Assembly (NCBI GenBank): GCA_013265495.1
Contig: MU058009.1
Location: forward strand, 3,489,780 to 3,553,779
Origin: Vicugna vicugna
Lineage: Eukaryota
Direction of reading: 5' to 3'
DNA: 64,000 nucleotides
Part shown: positions 36,150 through 49,299 of the stretch, piece after piece
How positions within the stretch are numbered: the first letter of the stretch is position 1
How the letters are laid out: every line of letters starts with the position of its first letter
Notes under the pieces: model-generated
Databases searched by the model: none
Told to the model about the DNA's origin: nothing
Seen by the model: the letters and a program-made list of their open reading frames with translations, nothing else
Position numbers and translations under genes: made by a program

Positions 36150-36440
36150 CCTTCAGTGCACTCTCTGGACAGCAGTGAGAGACTGTTCAAACCTGCTGGT
36201 CAGACTCCTCCAGAGCGTCTCATCTCCTGCCTGGAGGGCAGCGTCCTTAAAAAGCCCTAGCCTCCGCGTGGCCTCCCACGCCCGCCCTCCTGCTGGCCAC
36301 CCTCGTTCGCTCCCCACCTCCACCTCCCCTTCCTCTCCTCTGCCAGATGTGCCCTCACATCAGGGTCTCTGCACCTGCTGGTCCCTGATGAGCAAGGCTC
36401 ACTCCTCCCTTCCTGCGTAGCCTCTTCACCCTCATCGTCC
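36150..36440 (+). mobile_element. L2 fragment
   Basis: 'cctcacatcagggtctctgcacctgctggtccct...ctcccttcctgc' and the upstream pyrimidine-rich sequence resemble the L2 3' region. Confidence 0.55.
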
Positions 36441-38059
36441 CCACTGCACCTGCTCCACACAGGGCACGGCTCCTCTGAATCCTTTCCAGCCCTCCCATAG
36501 CCGAGCCTGCAGTGCGTGTGCATGTGTGTGTGTGTGTAAGTGGATATGCCTCCTGTCTGTGCAGCGTGTCTGTGCACCTGTGAGTGTGAATCTGGATATT
36601 TTCAGATGCCCGGTCGCTGACACCGAAAAGCTGTGTGACAGTGATTCAGAGCGTGGGGCGAGGCCTTCAGAGCTGTGTCAAACCCTCCCTCTGCCTCCGA
36701 CCAACTTTCAGTCTCAAGGAAAATGCAATGTTTCTGTGCCTCCCTTCTCATCTTGAAAATGGGGAGAAGAGCATCTGCTCCTCGAGATTCCAAAAAGGAC
36801 TCCCTAGACAAAGTGGAGAGGGCTGGGCTAAATGTCAGCTGTTATTGTGAGAAGTTTGATCAAGTGATACCAGAAATACATCGAAAGAGAGGAGCATGTG
36901 GTTTTGCAGCATGTTTGCCGGCCTCGGGCAAGGACGCCTCCGCCTGAAGACGCCAGACGGCCTGGTGCCCAGGGCACCACCAGTGGGGCCCCCGACCAGG
37001 CCCGTCGGTGCTAGTGGGGAGTCCAGGACAGGCTCCCCTGTTGGGCTCATCTGAGTGGAGCTGTGCTACAGCGACTCAGCAGGGCCTCCGTGACTCCTTG
37101 TTAAGAGCTCCGAGTCTCCCCACCCTTGGGTGACTCTCCGCACAGGAGGCCGAGCAGAGGCGAAGGCAGGACCAGACGTGGGACCAGGTGGCCTCCGCCA
37201 GGTTCCGCATTCTGACTGCCGGGAGGCGGGGCCTCCTTTCCCACCAGCCTCTGTGCAAAGGGAATACAGGGTCTGGCTCTTGGGGGCTCTTAACACATCC
37301 TCCCTGGAAACCAGCTTCACTCAAAATGTTTAATTAAAGTGCTCCCACCTTCCTAAAAATAGGAAAGAAAAATCAATAAACACTAAATGGTTACAATCCT
37401 CGGATCAAAGTGCTTTTAAACAGGCTGCCTCCAGCCCCCGCTCCTCCCTGGACTCTCTAATCTCAAGCCAAAGACACGAGCCGGCTCTCCGGGAAGGGGG
37501 TGTCCTGAGTGTGTCATGTGGACACCCACACGCTTGCCCTGTGCCAGCCGCGGGCTCACTCATGTTAGGTGGGATCTAATAGCTGGACTCGTAAGTAGGG
37601 ACAGTTCAAGATCTTCTTCCTTCACCCTTTGTCCCTATTGATGAGGTTGTTTGCTGAGCTTAGCAGTTTGGGAGTGTGCATCGAGCTGGACAATTATTTT
37701 TAACGACATGATCCTCAGAGCCTTTGCACTGTTCCCTCGGCCTGGAGGGCACGCATCCCACATCCTCACAGCCCCCTGGGCTCCCCTGTCTTTCTTCAGA
37801 CACCACTTTCTCAGGGAGGCCTTCCCTGCTCCAGCGTTTGAACATTCCCCGCACAGACGATCTTGCCACCCTCCTGCTTCAGTGTGTTCCCGAGCATGGA
37901 CCGCAGACACTTGACTGATGTAACTCGCTCACCACCTGTCCCTCTCAAGCAGGCAAGAGATCTCTGTCTGCGTGGGGCTCTAACGTGTTCCAGGGCCTGG
38001 AATATAGCCTGGCATCAGAAAGGGTCCAGCCAACCCCTGTTAGAGGTGAGGCTGTGGTG

Positions 38060-38350
38060 AATCACCAAAACTCAAATCCCAGCTCCACCACTGCCCAGCT
38101 CAGCTGGCCTCTCTGAGCCTTCGTGTCTTCATCTGCGAAATGGGGTGGCGGTAGCAGCACCTGCTCACGGAGCTGTTATGAATAGTAACGGTGCTCATAT
38201 GCAGGGCACTTAAACAGAGCCAGACCCACGGTGTGGGTTGTACAATTACTAAGTACTTACCCGTGCTGACGGTCCAACCGAGCGGGCTAACACAGGTAAA
38301 GTGCTTGAACAGTTCTTGGCACATATTCCGTGCATGACAAACATTAGCTC
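38060..38350 (+). mobile_element. MIR fragments (two pieces)
   Basis: 'ctcaaatcccagctccaccact...tctctgagccttcgtgtcttcatctgcgaaatgggg' and 'gtaaagtgcttgaacagttcttggcacata...aaacattagct'. Confidence 0.7.
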
Positions 38351-41300
38351 TCGTTTTGTTTTATCTCCTTTAACACACAAACCACACAGTGAGGCAGATG
38401 TGGTTATTGGCTGATGAAGCGTGGCAAGGCGACTGAACCCCTCCCCCAGCCAGCCTGCTGCAACGGGCAAATCCAGACAGCCACCCCAGGCACCCACCAC
38501 AAGGCACGTTACGGGGGGCGGATGGCCTCAGGCTTATTTCCAAGCACGGGCGTCACTGTTTGCTTACAGGCTGGTCTCTTCTGGACTAGCTCTTACTTTT
38601 AATGAGTGCAAGGGAAACTCTAAGACTCCGTGCATCACCGGCTCGCCCTCAGAGTTCAGACTGAGTCCAAGCCTGTTCCGTCCTGTATGAGGATGCGTTA
38701 CGTGCAATTTATCATCTGGGGCCTGTTGATTGAAATTGTTTAAATTGGTTCAGTACAGACACTAACTCCAGGGTGCAGAGCTTCTGAACCGACCTGGTTT
38801 GGAAACTGAGGTGGTGGCTTTCCCCTGGGGGCTTTCAGTGTATTAGCTGCCCTGCAAAACCCGGTTTCCTCCTGCTCCTTTGCGCGGGGACCACTGCTGG
38901 GCAGAGCCGCCCCGACTTCCCTCACCGCCAGGCTGACGGGCGGGGCAGCGGCCCAGCACGACCACTCTGGGGATGCAGGGACCGGCGGAAGCAAACCTGA
39001 CGCTGTCTCAAGATCTTGGAGGCGAGGAGGATTTTCAGAACTAAAGGCAGATGTGGGAGACAGCAGGGGAGCTGGACCGTCATAGTTTTGAGTGGGATAG
39101 CCCCAAACAGCACCTACTAGGAAGGTCCGGCTTCTCCTGGGTTCCTGGCCTGAAGTCCCTCCTGTCTCAGCAGGACAGGCCATCACCACCCAGGGGCATC
39201 ACTGTGGTCAGTCCAGGAGTCAGTCCCCTGCATCTGTAGCTCCAGGGCCCAGAGCTTGGCCTGGGAGGGTGCTGGGAAACAAGTTGCAGGAGAACTTTCT
39301 GCCCAGGGGGTAAGAGATCCATTCAACCCTCCACTGGCCTGCATCAAACTTATGAGAGAGGAGCCACTCAGGTGGGACCAGGGAAGGGAGGGGTAGAGGA
39401 GGGAGTCCATTAACGTCGCACGGAAGGAAAAGAGGGTGCAGCCTGATGAGGTCCATTAATAGAAGGAAAGAGAAGAGAAGCCGGAGCAGCCAGGGTGGCA
39501 GGTGCACGGATGAGGGGAGACAGGGGTGAAGGGAGGGTGACCAGAGAGAAAAGAGGGGACCTAGGAGAAGCGGCCTCGGGGACCCGACATGAAGGAAGAC
39601 CTTCCTCCTCGCGGGGGTCCTGGCTGTGGGCCCAGCCCGCAGCCAAGAGCTCTTCATTGCTGAGTCCCAGGAGCAGGGCTCACAGCGTCCAGCAGGGGCA
39701 GCTCGAGCGAGGGGCTGCAGACTGCACGAGCACCTTTAGGAAGCACTGGAAGACCCTTCCTGCCCGCCATGAGCCCTGTAGCCTGCTTGCTTCATTTTTT
39801 TACTTAAATGTCCAAATTTGGCGTTCCTTTTCGGGGTAAATAACACACAGCTCTCTGCAGGGGAGCTGCTTGAATAGCATATTTTACAAATGGAAGCTGG
39901 AGAGCCTGGCTGCCCTCCTACGAGTGCATCAGAGCCTTGCTTAACCGTCCCCTTGGGGACACGTGCCACGTGTAGAGGAAGCTTCCAGGGCAGGGGCGCA
40001 GGCAGGTCGTCAGGCAGGTACCCCTGCGCCAACGAGGCCCACCAGAGAGCGTGGGGGCGCTCGGGGAAGGACCGGCCTGGCAGGGGTGGGCAGGGAGGCC
40101 CAGCAGTACGAGAAAACGTGGCTGGACCTCCCGGAAGCCACGCGGCGGCCCCCAGTCGGACTGCGGAGCCGAGCTGTCCCCAGCCCTCTCGTTCCTTCGC
40201 TGTTCCCCGTCACGGACCAGGAGGATCCGCCTTTCTCACAGGCCATTTCTCTCCCATCTCTTCTTTCCTTTCTGCTTAGAACAGAATCTCAGAGCTCCGA
40301 ACATCTTTTTTTAAAACCTTTTTTAAATGAAGAAGCAGTTAGTTGTTCCGAGTTTCTTGGAGCACAGCGATGGAATCTTGGAGAGCCCCTGACAGATTTT
40401 TTCAGCACCTCTTGCCTCAAAAAAATGTTCCTCCAAAGTCGTGTGCTGTAAAAGCAAAAAACAGACAAGTCTAATTAGGCAATAGACCCCCGAGTGTTTG
40501 TGTCATCGTGTGTCACCAGCGCTCCTCACCCCTCCTTCGCTCTGTTTCCTCCTCCCATCCTGGGGGGGGGCAGCTGGAAATGGGGGGAGGGGCAGGCAGA
40601 CGGGGAGGGGCTGGGGAGGAGGAAGCAGGGCGGAGGAGAGCCGGGCCTCGGCTGAGGTCAGGGTTCTGGGAAACGCGTGCAGTAAATTAAAACTGAGATC
40701 AGACTCCTTGTCAGTAAGTTTTTAAGTGGGCTTTCTGTTTCCTTCTGCGCAGGGAGGAGAAGCGCTGTGAAGGTGGTGGGGGTGGAGCTTTGGTTTTATT
40801 CATTAGACAGAGATCATTTTCTGTTTTTGGCAAATGAGATTCTGCTTGGAGAGCGAGAGGCTGGTGGAGGAGGAAGAGAAGCCCGGAATTAGAAACGTGC
40901 ACCGTCGGACTCCGTTTGAGGCCTTTCCCTGCATCCGAGGGGATCACACCTAAGCCGCTTTCCTCAGAGTCTCAAGGGCTGCGTGTGGTCCCATTTCTAT
41001 TAAAAAGCTTGCCCCCCGGGAGAGCATTCCCGTGGGTCTTTTTTTAAGGAGCAAGAGAAAAAAGCTGATGACGGTACCAGTGTAACTCTAAACGATACTA
41101 GTTCCAATCACTCAATGATGCAGTGTGTTTCCATCTAATTTCATCCAAAACACCCTAAACGGAAAATAAAGTGCTGTTTAATAGGCATGCAAAGATGTCA
41201 TTTCATTTTGCTGAATGTTCTAGTAGCAACTACTAATTATTTCAATGTATTTTTTTTCCTGTAATTATTTGAAACAGACTATTCAGAGCTCCCATTAACT

Positions 41301-43029
41301 TCAGAAATGTTTCGGTGTCCTACAGAAATTCAATAGTATAAATTTAAACAGCTCTTTTTCCCCTCCTTTCTTCAGTACGCTGGGAAAACAGCTGCATGAG
41401 GGTGAGGGAGGAAACACTTCGTGTGCAAACAGAAAACAGCCCAAGAAGTACGAGAAAGAGAAATCCCATCCCGAAGCCCTCTCCTGCTGCCCGGGGCCCC
41501 GTCCCCGAGCATTCAGTTTCCTCCTGGCTCTCGCGGGCAGGGCACAGAACTAATCCCCCAGATGCTGTTCGTGCCTTCCCCCGGCCAGAGGAGGCTGGCG
41601 GCTGATGAAGGGACCGCAGGTGCACGCTCCAGGCTGGCTGAAGAATGGTGTCGCCATTTGCAAGTCCACCTCCTCTTGGAACCAATCCCTGATTCTTATC
41701 GATCCGGTTTGGAGGATGAGGAAGGACCCAGCCTAACCTCCACTGACTGCAACCACCAAGGGGCTGCTCTGCTGGACGCAGACATGCTGGCAGGTGTTCT
41801 AATGTCCCTCTGAAAAGGAGGGCATCGCCTCAACCCCACCCCCGTGGACCTCTTCACCTGCGGCTGCAGCAACCACACGAGGGTGAGAGGGAGCTGCATG
41901 CTCACAGACGTGCCCCACCCTGGGGCGGAGGAACGGGGAAACTTGACCATCCCTAGCCTCTTTATTTGACCCTCCCGTGCCATCAGCCTTACACTCGGAG
42001 GTTTCCCCGTAGCTAACATCAGGCATACTTGCCTGGGGTTTCCATTCTGCGGTGAGCATGTTCATTGCACACGAGTCCAGGGGCCGCCACTAACACCCAC
42101 GGTCCTCAGAGACAGTGCGGTCTAGAAATAGTGCCCTTCAGTGTGTGTTCACCCGGGTGGGAAGGAGTCAGGGAGCAGGGTGGGGAGGCCGGCGCCCGGC
42201 CGGCAGAGCCCGTGAGGGGCCAGGCAGAAGCCGGCTGCTGTGGGACGGACCGCCTCGCTTGACTGTCTCCCCTGCCCTCCCCTCCTGTGCCTCCACCCCA
42301 CCCCTGCATGTCCAGTAAGGAGCTAGTAAAGATCCCTTGCATGTGGTAAAAATGGAGAACAAAATACACCATGTTTCTACCATCATGCTGCCTAATCTAG
42401 AGCTGTGTGGCAAAGCTTAAGGAATGGGGGCAGAAGTTACAGAAAACATCAAATGTGTTTCCTATAATTGGAGTCCCCACCTTCCTGGGTGAGCAGTCCA
42501 CCTCGCATCTACTCTTCTTAAGACGACCCAAATGCAAAGCTCAACCAGCCCAGACTGATCACGCAGTACTTCCTTGAGAGACAGGGAGCTGTGTGCAGCA
42601 CGACCAGCCCAGGAAGCGGCAGCCCTGCTGGCCAGAACCGAGAGCCCGGGGGCACAGCTCGGGGAGCAAGGCCCCCCCGGAGCACTCCCCTCAGGAAGCC
42701 GATCCGGCCCACAGGGCCACGCTTGTCTGCCGGGTGTGCTGAGGAGCCAAGAAGTGATGTCCCAGGAGACCTCGGGGCGGGTCCTGCCGGGGGCCCAAGC
42801 CAGATGAGCGCCGGCCGCCGCGGGGGCACTTCCAGCCTTAAAATGCCGCGGCCGTTGGCTCACATCTTTCATTCTTACTGGCTGAGGGAGTGGTGAGTAC
42901 AAACGAGATATTTATATGTACCTGAATGGGTGTTTAGAGTCCTCGCCTGCCTGCATTGGTCCACCTAGCTTACTCAGGGCTCACCTGGAGGATGGGGCGA
43001 TGGACTCTGGGATGGAGCGTGGCTTCCCG

Positions 43030-43430
43030 GGCTCCTCCAGGCTCTTCAGTGCTGAGCGGGGCACGTCTTTGCTGTGACTGCCTCTTAGCTCCTTTGATTT
43101 CTTGGTCAACATCTTAACCAAGGTGTCCCACAAGTGCATCGCAAGCTCACATTCATGGCCATTCCTCTAAAGTTGTTTATTCTCCTTAAACGGCCCCTCC
43201 TCATTCCCCATAACCACCAATGAAGCCAAAAACATCTTTAATTTAAAGTCAGCTTTAACTCTTCCTTCTCCTCGGGGGTGTGGTCACTCAGCTAGTGAGT
43301 CATCATTTTCACCTGTTTAGTGGGTCTTGAAACTTCCCTTCTTCTGCATCCTACTAAACGTGTGATCTCCTACTTGCACTCCTGTCTGTCATCAGCTTTG
43401 TCCCCTCAAGTCCATCTCCCTGCTGAGCAA
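43030..43430 (+). mobile_element. L2 fragment (degraded)
   Basis: 'gtgtcccacaagtgcatcgcaagctcacat...ccaatgaagccaaaaacatcttt...gagtcatcattttcacct' resembles the L2 3' region. Confidence 0.55.
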
Positions 43431-44159
43431 TCTCTGCACGTGCAGAATCTAACCAGCTCAGTTTCCACTTAAACCCCATCAGTGTCTCCTCGATGCTTCA
43501 GTAGAAGTGTGATTGGGAGTTTGGGCCCGGACCACTTAGTCCTTTGCCCCCTGAAAGTCTCTGAAGGTGGGCCATGTCTGCAGGGCCTTAGGACTCCAAG
43601 ACTTGCAGTTCGAAAATCGCTGGATTTGGAATAAGAAGATCTTGGCACGCAGTGAAAGCTCCCCAGACCCTGGCCTCCGCACTCTCCAGTCTCATTCCTT
43701 GTCACTTACTGTCATCCAGCTTGCAGGCCACAGGAAGACGCACGGAGAAAACAGTCAATGTTATTTTCTACATCCGTCGTACAGATCAGACACCCAAGTC
43801 ATGGCGTGACTAAACGACGTGTTGGAGGAGACGGTGCGAGCCGGGAGGTGGGGGAGCCGGAGTCCACGCTCCTCACCATTTTCCATCTGTGCCCTCATCA
43901 GGCACCTCCCTGGATGACGCCCCTGAGTGGAGTCCAGGTTGTTTTCCGTTTAGAGAGAGGAGGCAGAATATTCGATCCTGGCCTTCAGAGAATCCAAATA
44001 GAAACACTTTAGTATCCTTAAAGGCACTCAGATATAAAGGGCAATTAATTCAGCTCCGAGGACAGATCCCCAATCTATAAAATATTGACCTCATAAGGCT
44101 GCAAGGATTAAATACTATAATCGGAGACCTCTGCAGTGTCAGAAGCAGAGAGCAGAGCA

Positions 44160-44360
44160 CAGATGCTCACAGGGGCCAGGCAGGTGACAGAGACGAGCTC
44201 ACTGTCCAAGTGGGGGCGGGGGTGTCAGGGGAGCACCTGCTCCATTTAGAGGCGGCGGCTACTCCATTCTGACAGACAGTTGTTGCAAGAGATTTCGGGA
44301 AGTAGATGCTCAGGACTGTCAAAACTTCTGGTTTTTCAAAAGAAATCATGTTTCAAAATT
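44160..44360. mobile_element. hAT-Charlie DNA transposon fragment (MER102-like)
   Basis: 'cacaggggccaggcaggtgac' and 'aaaacttctggtttttcaaaagaa' resemble MER102-type sequence. The subfamily is tentative. Confidence 0.5.
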
Positions 44361-45109
44361 TTGCTCCCCCCCAAATATTTTTTTCCATCATGTGTGGATC
44401 AAACAAAACACCAGGATCTGGGACAGGGCTTTGGCCTGGAGTCTGCTGATCTGCAGAGTTTGCCTTCCAAGGGGCTTCAGGAACACTGGCGTGGTTGTTA
44501 AAAGCGGCAGACCCTCCCCAAGCAGACCGCCCAAAAGCCAGGGAATGTGGAGTCAGCGCAGGTGCCCTCCCCGGCAGGCAGAGGAGAAGGCGATGGACTG
44601 AGGACCGTCTGAAGGCAGAAAGCAAACACCACAGGTAAGCATCGTCGAGCAGGCAGAAAATGAGAAGCGTCTGCATCAGTCTGCTCTTTGCAGTGGGAAG
44701 ACTCAACTGAGGTGGAAACAATAAAGAGAAGACTAGAACCAATGCGCTCGATGGCTGGTCTTAAACCTCGGCCCCAGTATGCAGTCGCGTTAAATGGCAC
44801 GTCCTCCTCGGTGCTTCAGTTTCCTCACATCCCCCCAGAAGCAGAGGGAAACCAAACACCACCCCGCCACACCGAGTTTTGTGAAGGATTCATAAGCTGG
44901 ATCCTCTCACCCTCCTGCAGGACCTTTGATGACTTCTCCACCATATTCAAGGAGACAAAAGCCCGACGCGAAAATTTCAGTAGATAGCCAGAACCTCCAG
45001 CAACGCACAAAAGGACAAAACAAACTGAAACGTTAAAAAAATAATAAAATAAACCTTTGGTCTTCCCTCCAAGTCTCTTTGGCCCAGCCTTCCTCATCCT
45101 AATGATGAC

Positions 45110-45960
45110 AATTCTATCCTCCTAATTGTCCAGCCGATTAGAATCAGCGCTGACTCCCTCTCTCTCACACCCACACCTTATCCATCAGGAAAGCCCACTG
45201 GGTCTCCCTTTAAAGTATATTCACAATCCACGCACTTCTCCCAGCTCCATCACTAACACCCTCGCTCAGCCAGCAGCATCCCTCACCTGGACCACGGCCG
45301 TGGCCTCCTGCGGGTTCTCGGGCGTCTACATAGACGTCTGCATCAGTAAGCACAGGCCACGTCATGCTGCAGAAATAGACATCACCCATCTCTCATCACT
45401 CAACCCACGGAATTGCTTCTCGCTCACCCTCACATTGAACGTCGGTCAGGTAGTGGAGGGGCCGTTCATTGCTGTCTCTTGCCAACCCAGACTGACAAGG
45501 GCCCACCGTTGTGGATCACGTGGTGTGGGCAGAATTGCCCAGAAGCCCCGAAGGATCCAGTGAAACACACGACGTCTGGTTGCACCTGGTTGGCCAAGCC
45601 CGTCACGGGGCGGGAGAGCACAGTGCTGCGGTGTCCCAGGAGAAGCAGACATGCTCTGTGGACACACAAACGGCCACCATACCCCTGGGATCCGTTCTCA
45701 GCCCAGCAGGCTGAGCCAATTCTGTAAGACACAACCTGGAAGGGGTCACCCTTCCGCTGTCCATTTCTCTGAGTCAAAGCCACAGCTGCTGCGACGACAA
45801 GGTTCTGATGGCCCGTTACTCCTCTGGACCCTCAGACAAGCCAGGCGCATCTTTGAGCCTTTGCACCGGCTGTTCCCTCTGCCTAGAACACTCTTCCCCA
45901 GGTAGCTGGATGCATGACTATCTCCTTCATGTTTTTATCTGACCTCCTTAAGTTTTTTTC
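45110..45960 (+). mobile_element. L2 fragments, interrupted at about 45440-45740
   Basis: 'tgactccctctctctcacacccacac...ctcacctggaccacgg...ggcctcctg' and 'cctttgcaccggctgttccctctgcctagaacactcttcccca'. Confidence 0.7.
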
Positions 45961-46284
45961 TTTTCCTTCTCTCATGTCATGTTACTTAAAATTGCACCCA
46001 TATATCTCTACGTTTGACTAGGGGATCCATCACTTCTTAGCTGCGTTATCTTGAGAAATTTGCTTAATCTCTCAGTTTCACTCTCCTCCCTTGTAAGCTT
46101 AGCTTGGTGGTCCTCACCTGCTGTGCTAGTATGAAGACTGAATGAGAAAATACGCCACACTCCTAGCTGCCGTGGGTCTCCTCGCCCACCCCCAGGTGTA
46201 AAACAGCACAAGGGCCACACGACGGTCATTGCAGACTTCCGCACTTCGGGGGGTTAGAAGGGACCTTACAGCTCATCTAGTCCG

Positions 46285-46540
46285 GTGTTTCCAAATTACC
46301 TCCGGATTTCTGTCGCTTCAAACTGAAACACAGCAAAGCAGAAATAGATCAAAAACAAAACAAAACTCTAAAATTCTATGGCCAAGTAAGTATGGGAAAA
46401 GTTTCTCCTATTTATGGTCACTCTGTGGAGATTCAGAACTCACATTAGCATACTAAAAACTCTGAGGATTCTTGCAGGACAGAAACCGGTTCACCTCTGT
46501 TGGACCCAACATTCCGCCAACTTAATTGCCCACAGATCCC
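46285..46540. mobile_element. hAT-Charlie-type DNA transposon fragment, following a MIR-like start
   Basis: 'cattagcatactaaaaactctgaggattcttgcaggacagaaaccggtt...ccaacttaattgcccacag' resembles the Charlie/MER family. It is preceded by MIR-like 'gaagggaccttacagctcatctagtcc'. Confidence 0.45.
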
Positions 46541-48404
46541 TGCTTTTTTCCCTTCAAATCAGTGCTTATTAACATCCTGTAGAACTAATGTTCTGTTGAA
46601 CACAACTTGAGAAGTGCTGATCTTGTCAAAAATCTCACAGTTGCTTGACAACGAAGCTGTAGACCAGACAGGTTAAGTGCTCAGCCCATGGGGGCACAAA
46701 GGCAGGGTGAGGCTGGACCCTGACGTGGACACGGCTAGGGTCAGGTTCCCCGTGTCACGCTCACTTCACACAAAATAAAGTCATCAAACGTGACAAAGGA
46801 AAGACGTTCTCTCCCACTTCCGAAGGCTGTCAGAGTCGCCCTCGCGCCTGGGCTCAGGGCTCAGAGCAAGGCTTCCGCAGTCCGTTTTCATCCCCTCACT
46901 TTGCTCCTGCAACAGGCAGTCATTTCCTCTTGCCCCCGAGGTCCTCCATCCACTTTGGATTCCAGGGTGCAAAAAAATAAACCTTTGAGAGCAATGTCCA
47001 GGCAGAGCTGTTAGGTGTTATTTACCTGGGCCGGGGGGGGGTCTTACCAGACTCTATGTCTAAATAAGGGGGGAAATTGCTCTATAAATAAAGCAACCAT
47101 CACCCCCGGCTCTGCCGTGCCAGGCGCTCGCAGACCGGGAGCTGCCAGTCCCTGGACCCCCTTCCCGCCCTCAGAGCCTCCCCACCACACACACCTGCAT
47201 TCTTTATCCTTTTCTCCTCTTCTGTGCAGTGGGATGTGACAGGTAGACATTTTCTGGGGATAAACGTTCTCAGACGAGATGGATGGGCTGGGTCCGGGGG
47301 CTGAGCGTAGGCTGCTGGAAAACTCGGCTGCTGGCTGAGTCCTGTGGTGCTATCCCCAGGGTCCCCTGGGTTACTGAAGTGTAGAAGGGCTACCTCTGCA
47401 GCCGTGTCTGTATCTCTATTGCTATTTCTATCTATGAAGATGGTGTCTTTCAGGAACGTCTTTCAGACATTGTGATACATACAAGGTGCAAAGTGATGTC
47501 TCTGACTGACACATGGCTGTGTGTAGCCCATCTGTTGTCTCTGATCTTTATGAGATCTTGGTCCTCGTTGGCTTGCTTATGCCTCACAATTGCACCATGA
47601 GAGGGGCAGGGACAACAGGACATCCTCTTCATAGGTGAGTAAGATCAGAGAAGGGTCTTGCCCAAGATCAGGTGATCAGACTTCTAGTCACTTGAAGAGC
47701 CTGGACTTGAACTCCTCATTCGACTTTAATCCCAGGCTGTCTACACACCCGTGATTCTTGACCTGGGGAAGGTTGTTTTAAATGCTCCTGCCTCGGTCCT
47801 GAGAGAGCTCCTGCCTGGCGACTTGGAAAGCACACAGGGAGGAGGCCAAGGTCGGTGGTGACAGAGTTGTATACGCCCGAGACCCCGGCTCCCAGTGAGG
47901 CACACACCGCCGTTGTCGCTGAGCGGACGGACTTCTCAGCCCAGCTCCTCCCCCGGGCTAACTCAGGGAGAGGAAGTGTTGCGTAATCCTGGTGCCAGCG
48001 TGCTGGGTGTTAACGCGTTGGTGCGCACCAGTCAACAAGGGATGTGTACAAGTGGTAAGGTGCATAACTGCTCCCAAAATAAGAATAAAGCCTGGACGCG
48101 TTAGCTTTCCTGATTACAGAAGCAACACGTGTTTGCTGTAAACAGTAAGGAAAGCACAGAAACTTACGGGGAAAAACGTGGGCATCGTGTATTTCCCCGC
48201 CCCCAGTGGCAACCACTGTGAACGCCTCAGCTGGACCCCCCGGCACAGCTCGCGGTCACCTGCCCTCAGGCTGGTGACGAGGCAACACCCATCTCTCTGG
48301 CTCTGCTTTCCTGATGTGGTTGCTTCAGTACCACGTCCAGAAAGACAAACAACTTTAATCAGTTCTGGAAGGTGACAGTGGAAGAAAGGAAAACCCAGTG
48401 GCTG

Positions 48405-48545
48405 TAAAGTATCAATTCTTAAACTCGCAGACCACCCTGAGATCTTGCTGAAAGCCACGGATACCTTTTAGAGAAAAACATGTCTACCCACACACGTGGG
48501 ACATTTTGCACAGAGCGTTAAGAGCTTCACGAATCCTCTGAAACG
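48405..48545. mobile_element. hAT-Charlie/MER DNA transposon fragment
   Basis: 'atcttgctgaaagccacggataccttttagagaaaaacatg...attttgcacag...ttcacgaatcctctgaa' resembles this family. Confidence 0.45.
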
Positions 48546-48624
48546 CAGCTCTAATTTCCCTGAAGCCTTCCACTCAGAAGGGCTCCTGCTGTAGATGAAG
48601 AAAGAAGGGCTTGGAATGTTTATC

Positions 48625-48795
48625 ACAATCTGTATTTATATATTTGCTTACTTATTTAATATTTCTCTCTCCCACTAGACTAGGAGTTTCACAATAGCAG
48701 AGACATTTTATTTTATCCAAAGATGTGCACGGAGCACCTGGTCGTACCAAGTCTCAGTTATCCGTGAACTGAATTAACGAATCAATGAGTGAATG
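48625..48795 (+). mobile_element. L2 3' terminus
   Basis: 'ctctcccactagactaggagtttcacaatagcagagac...gcacctggt...gaatcaatgagtgaatga'. Confidence 0.75.
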
Positions 48796-49299
48796 AGGGG
48801 TAGCCCGTGTTCCTTCTGTCCCAGCCACGACCCATGCACTAGGCGAAAGGAGGACCGGTGCGGGGGAAGTAGGAGGGAGAAGTTTGAATCGACCTTTCTG
48901 ACAGAGATACAAAATGATGGCAGAGTGGGGAGCCGTGTGGGGAAGAAATAGCATTCCTGTTGGGTGGGGGGCGGGTTGTGGACTGGTTTTGTCCAGGTAG
49001 GGAAAGGACAGCGGGGTCCTGGGTCCTTGAAAACCCCGCCCTGTGGTCAGTCGCAGGACCACCGTTCCACCGACTTGGGAGACGTTGTCGGCCCCTGGCC
49101 CGGCCTGGGAGGGCATAGCCCAGCGTTTTCCTAGACCCTCATTCCCACTTACGTTGCTCCAAATTCCTACTTTCCCCTGGATTCAAGCCCGGGAGGCTCA
49201 GGATCCAGCCTGTCTCCCTCGTCCTGGGCTCCCGAGGCTCCTGCCGGGCTGCTCACCAGCGCTGAGCGCCTGAGCGGCTGCGTTTCCAGAGAGAACAAG

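Noticed and set aside
47440-47640. Coding exon ending at donor ATAG|gtgagt (47634/47635)
   Set aside because: The donor is strong, but all frames contain stops from the plausible acceptors. It is non-coding at best and unsupported.
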